A DNA stretch of 64,000 nt from NCBI RefSeq assembly GCF_021869535.1, contig NW_026262667.1, positions 6,324,001 to 6,388,000 of the forward strand, written 5' to 3'. Shown here piece after piece: positions 63,653 to 64,000 of the stretch. How positions within the stretch are numbered: the stretch's first letter is position 1; each line of letters starts with the position of its first letter. Position numbers and translations under genes: made by a program. Source of the DNA: Mytilus californianus (Eukaryota). A model generated the notes under the pieces. It searched no databases. It was not told the DNA's origin and saw nothing but the letters and a program-made list of their open reading frames with translations.

Positions 63653-64000
63653 TTTTTTTCAAGTAAAGATCATCTTCGTGGTGTGTTTGTTTTTATTAAA
63701 ATCGTCTGATGAAAGGACTATATTGTTCTATATTATTTGTATTATTTTGAATATTGCATATGTGGCATCATTATATGTTTGGCACTGGCTACGGTTACGT
63801 TGAAATGTAACAATAATACAAAAATTATTGTTACATTGGACACTAACGTTAACAATAATATTTGTGTCTACGGGTACGTTGTGTTATTGTTACGTTAGAG
63901 TCTTGACGTTTCTAAAAAGACGATCAAAGGAAAGAAAGTAAATTGTTTAATTACAAAAATACTGGACAGTAGATATTGAGGTAAGCTGAAAAAATATCAA

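Overview
This is AT-rich eukaryotic (animal) genomic DNA. Its repeat families and protein sequences suggest a bivalve mollusc, probably Mytilus-like (inference). It contains four spliced protein-coding genes that I reconstructed by hand from splice sites and reading phase. (1) A complete 12-exon FARSA (cytosolic Phe-tRNA ligase alpha, 501 aa, minus strand, 12568-28278). (2) A second, strongly diverged but open FARSA paralog in tandem (7 exons visible, 808-6292, continuing off the left edge). (3) An 11-exon GCDH (glutaryl-CoA dehydrogenase, 436 aa, plus strand, 28509-39924), head-to-head with FARSA. Its first intron is a minor-spliceosome (U12-type) intron and one of its splice donors has been tandemly amplified 8-fold. 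(4) A 5-exon, signal-peptide-bearing GH114-like endo-alpha-1,4-galactosaminidase (259 aa, plus strand, 53530-63652), a family characterised in bacteria and fungi and here the top candidate for a domesticated horizontally acquired anti-biofilm enzyme. The rest is dense with nested transposons (Helentron/HINE-like satellite-bearing elements, tRNA-SINEs, MITEs, and hAT, RTE, CR1-like, Penelope-like, BEL/Pao and Gypsy remnants) and tandem repeats. Most ORFs in the supplied track are spurious or cover single exons or TE fragments.
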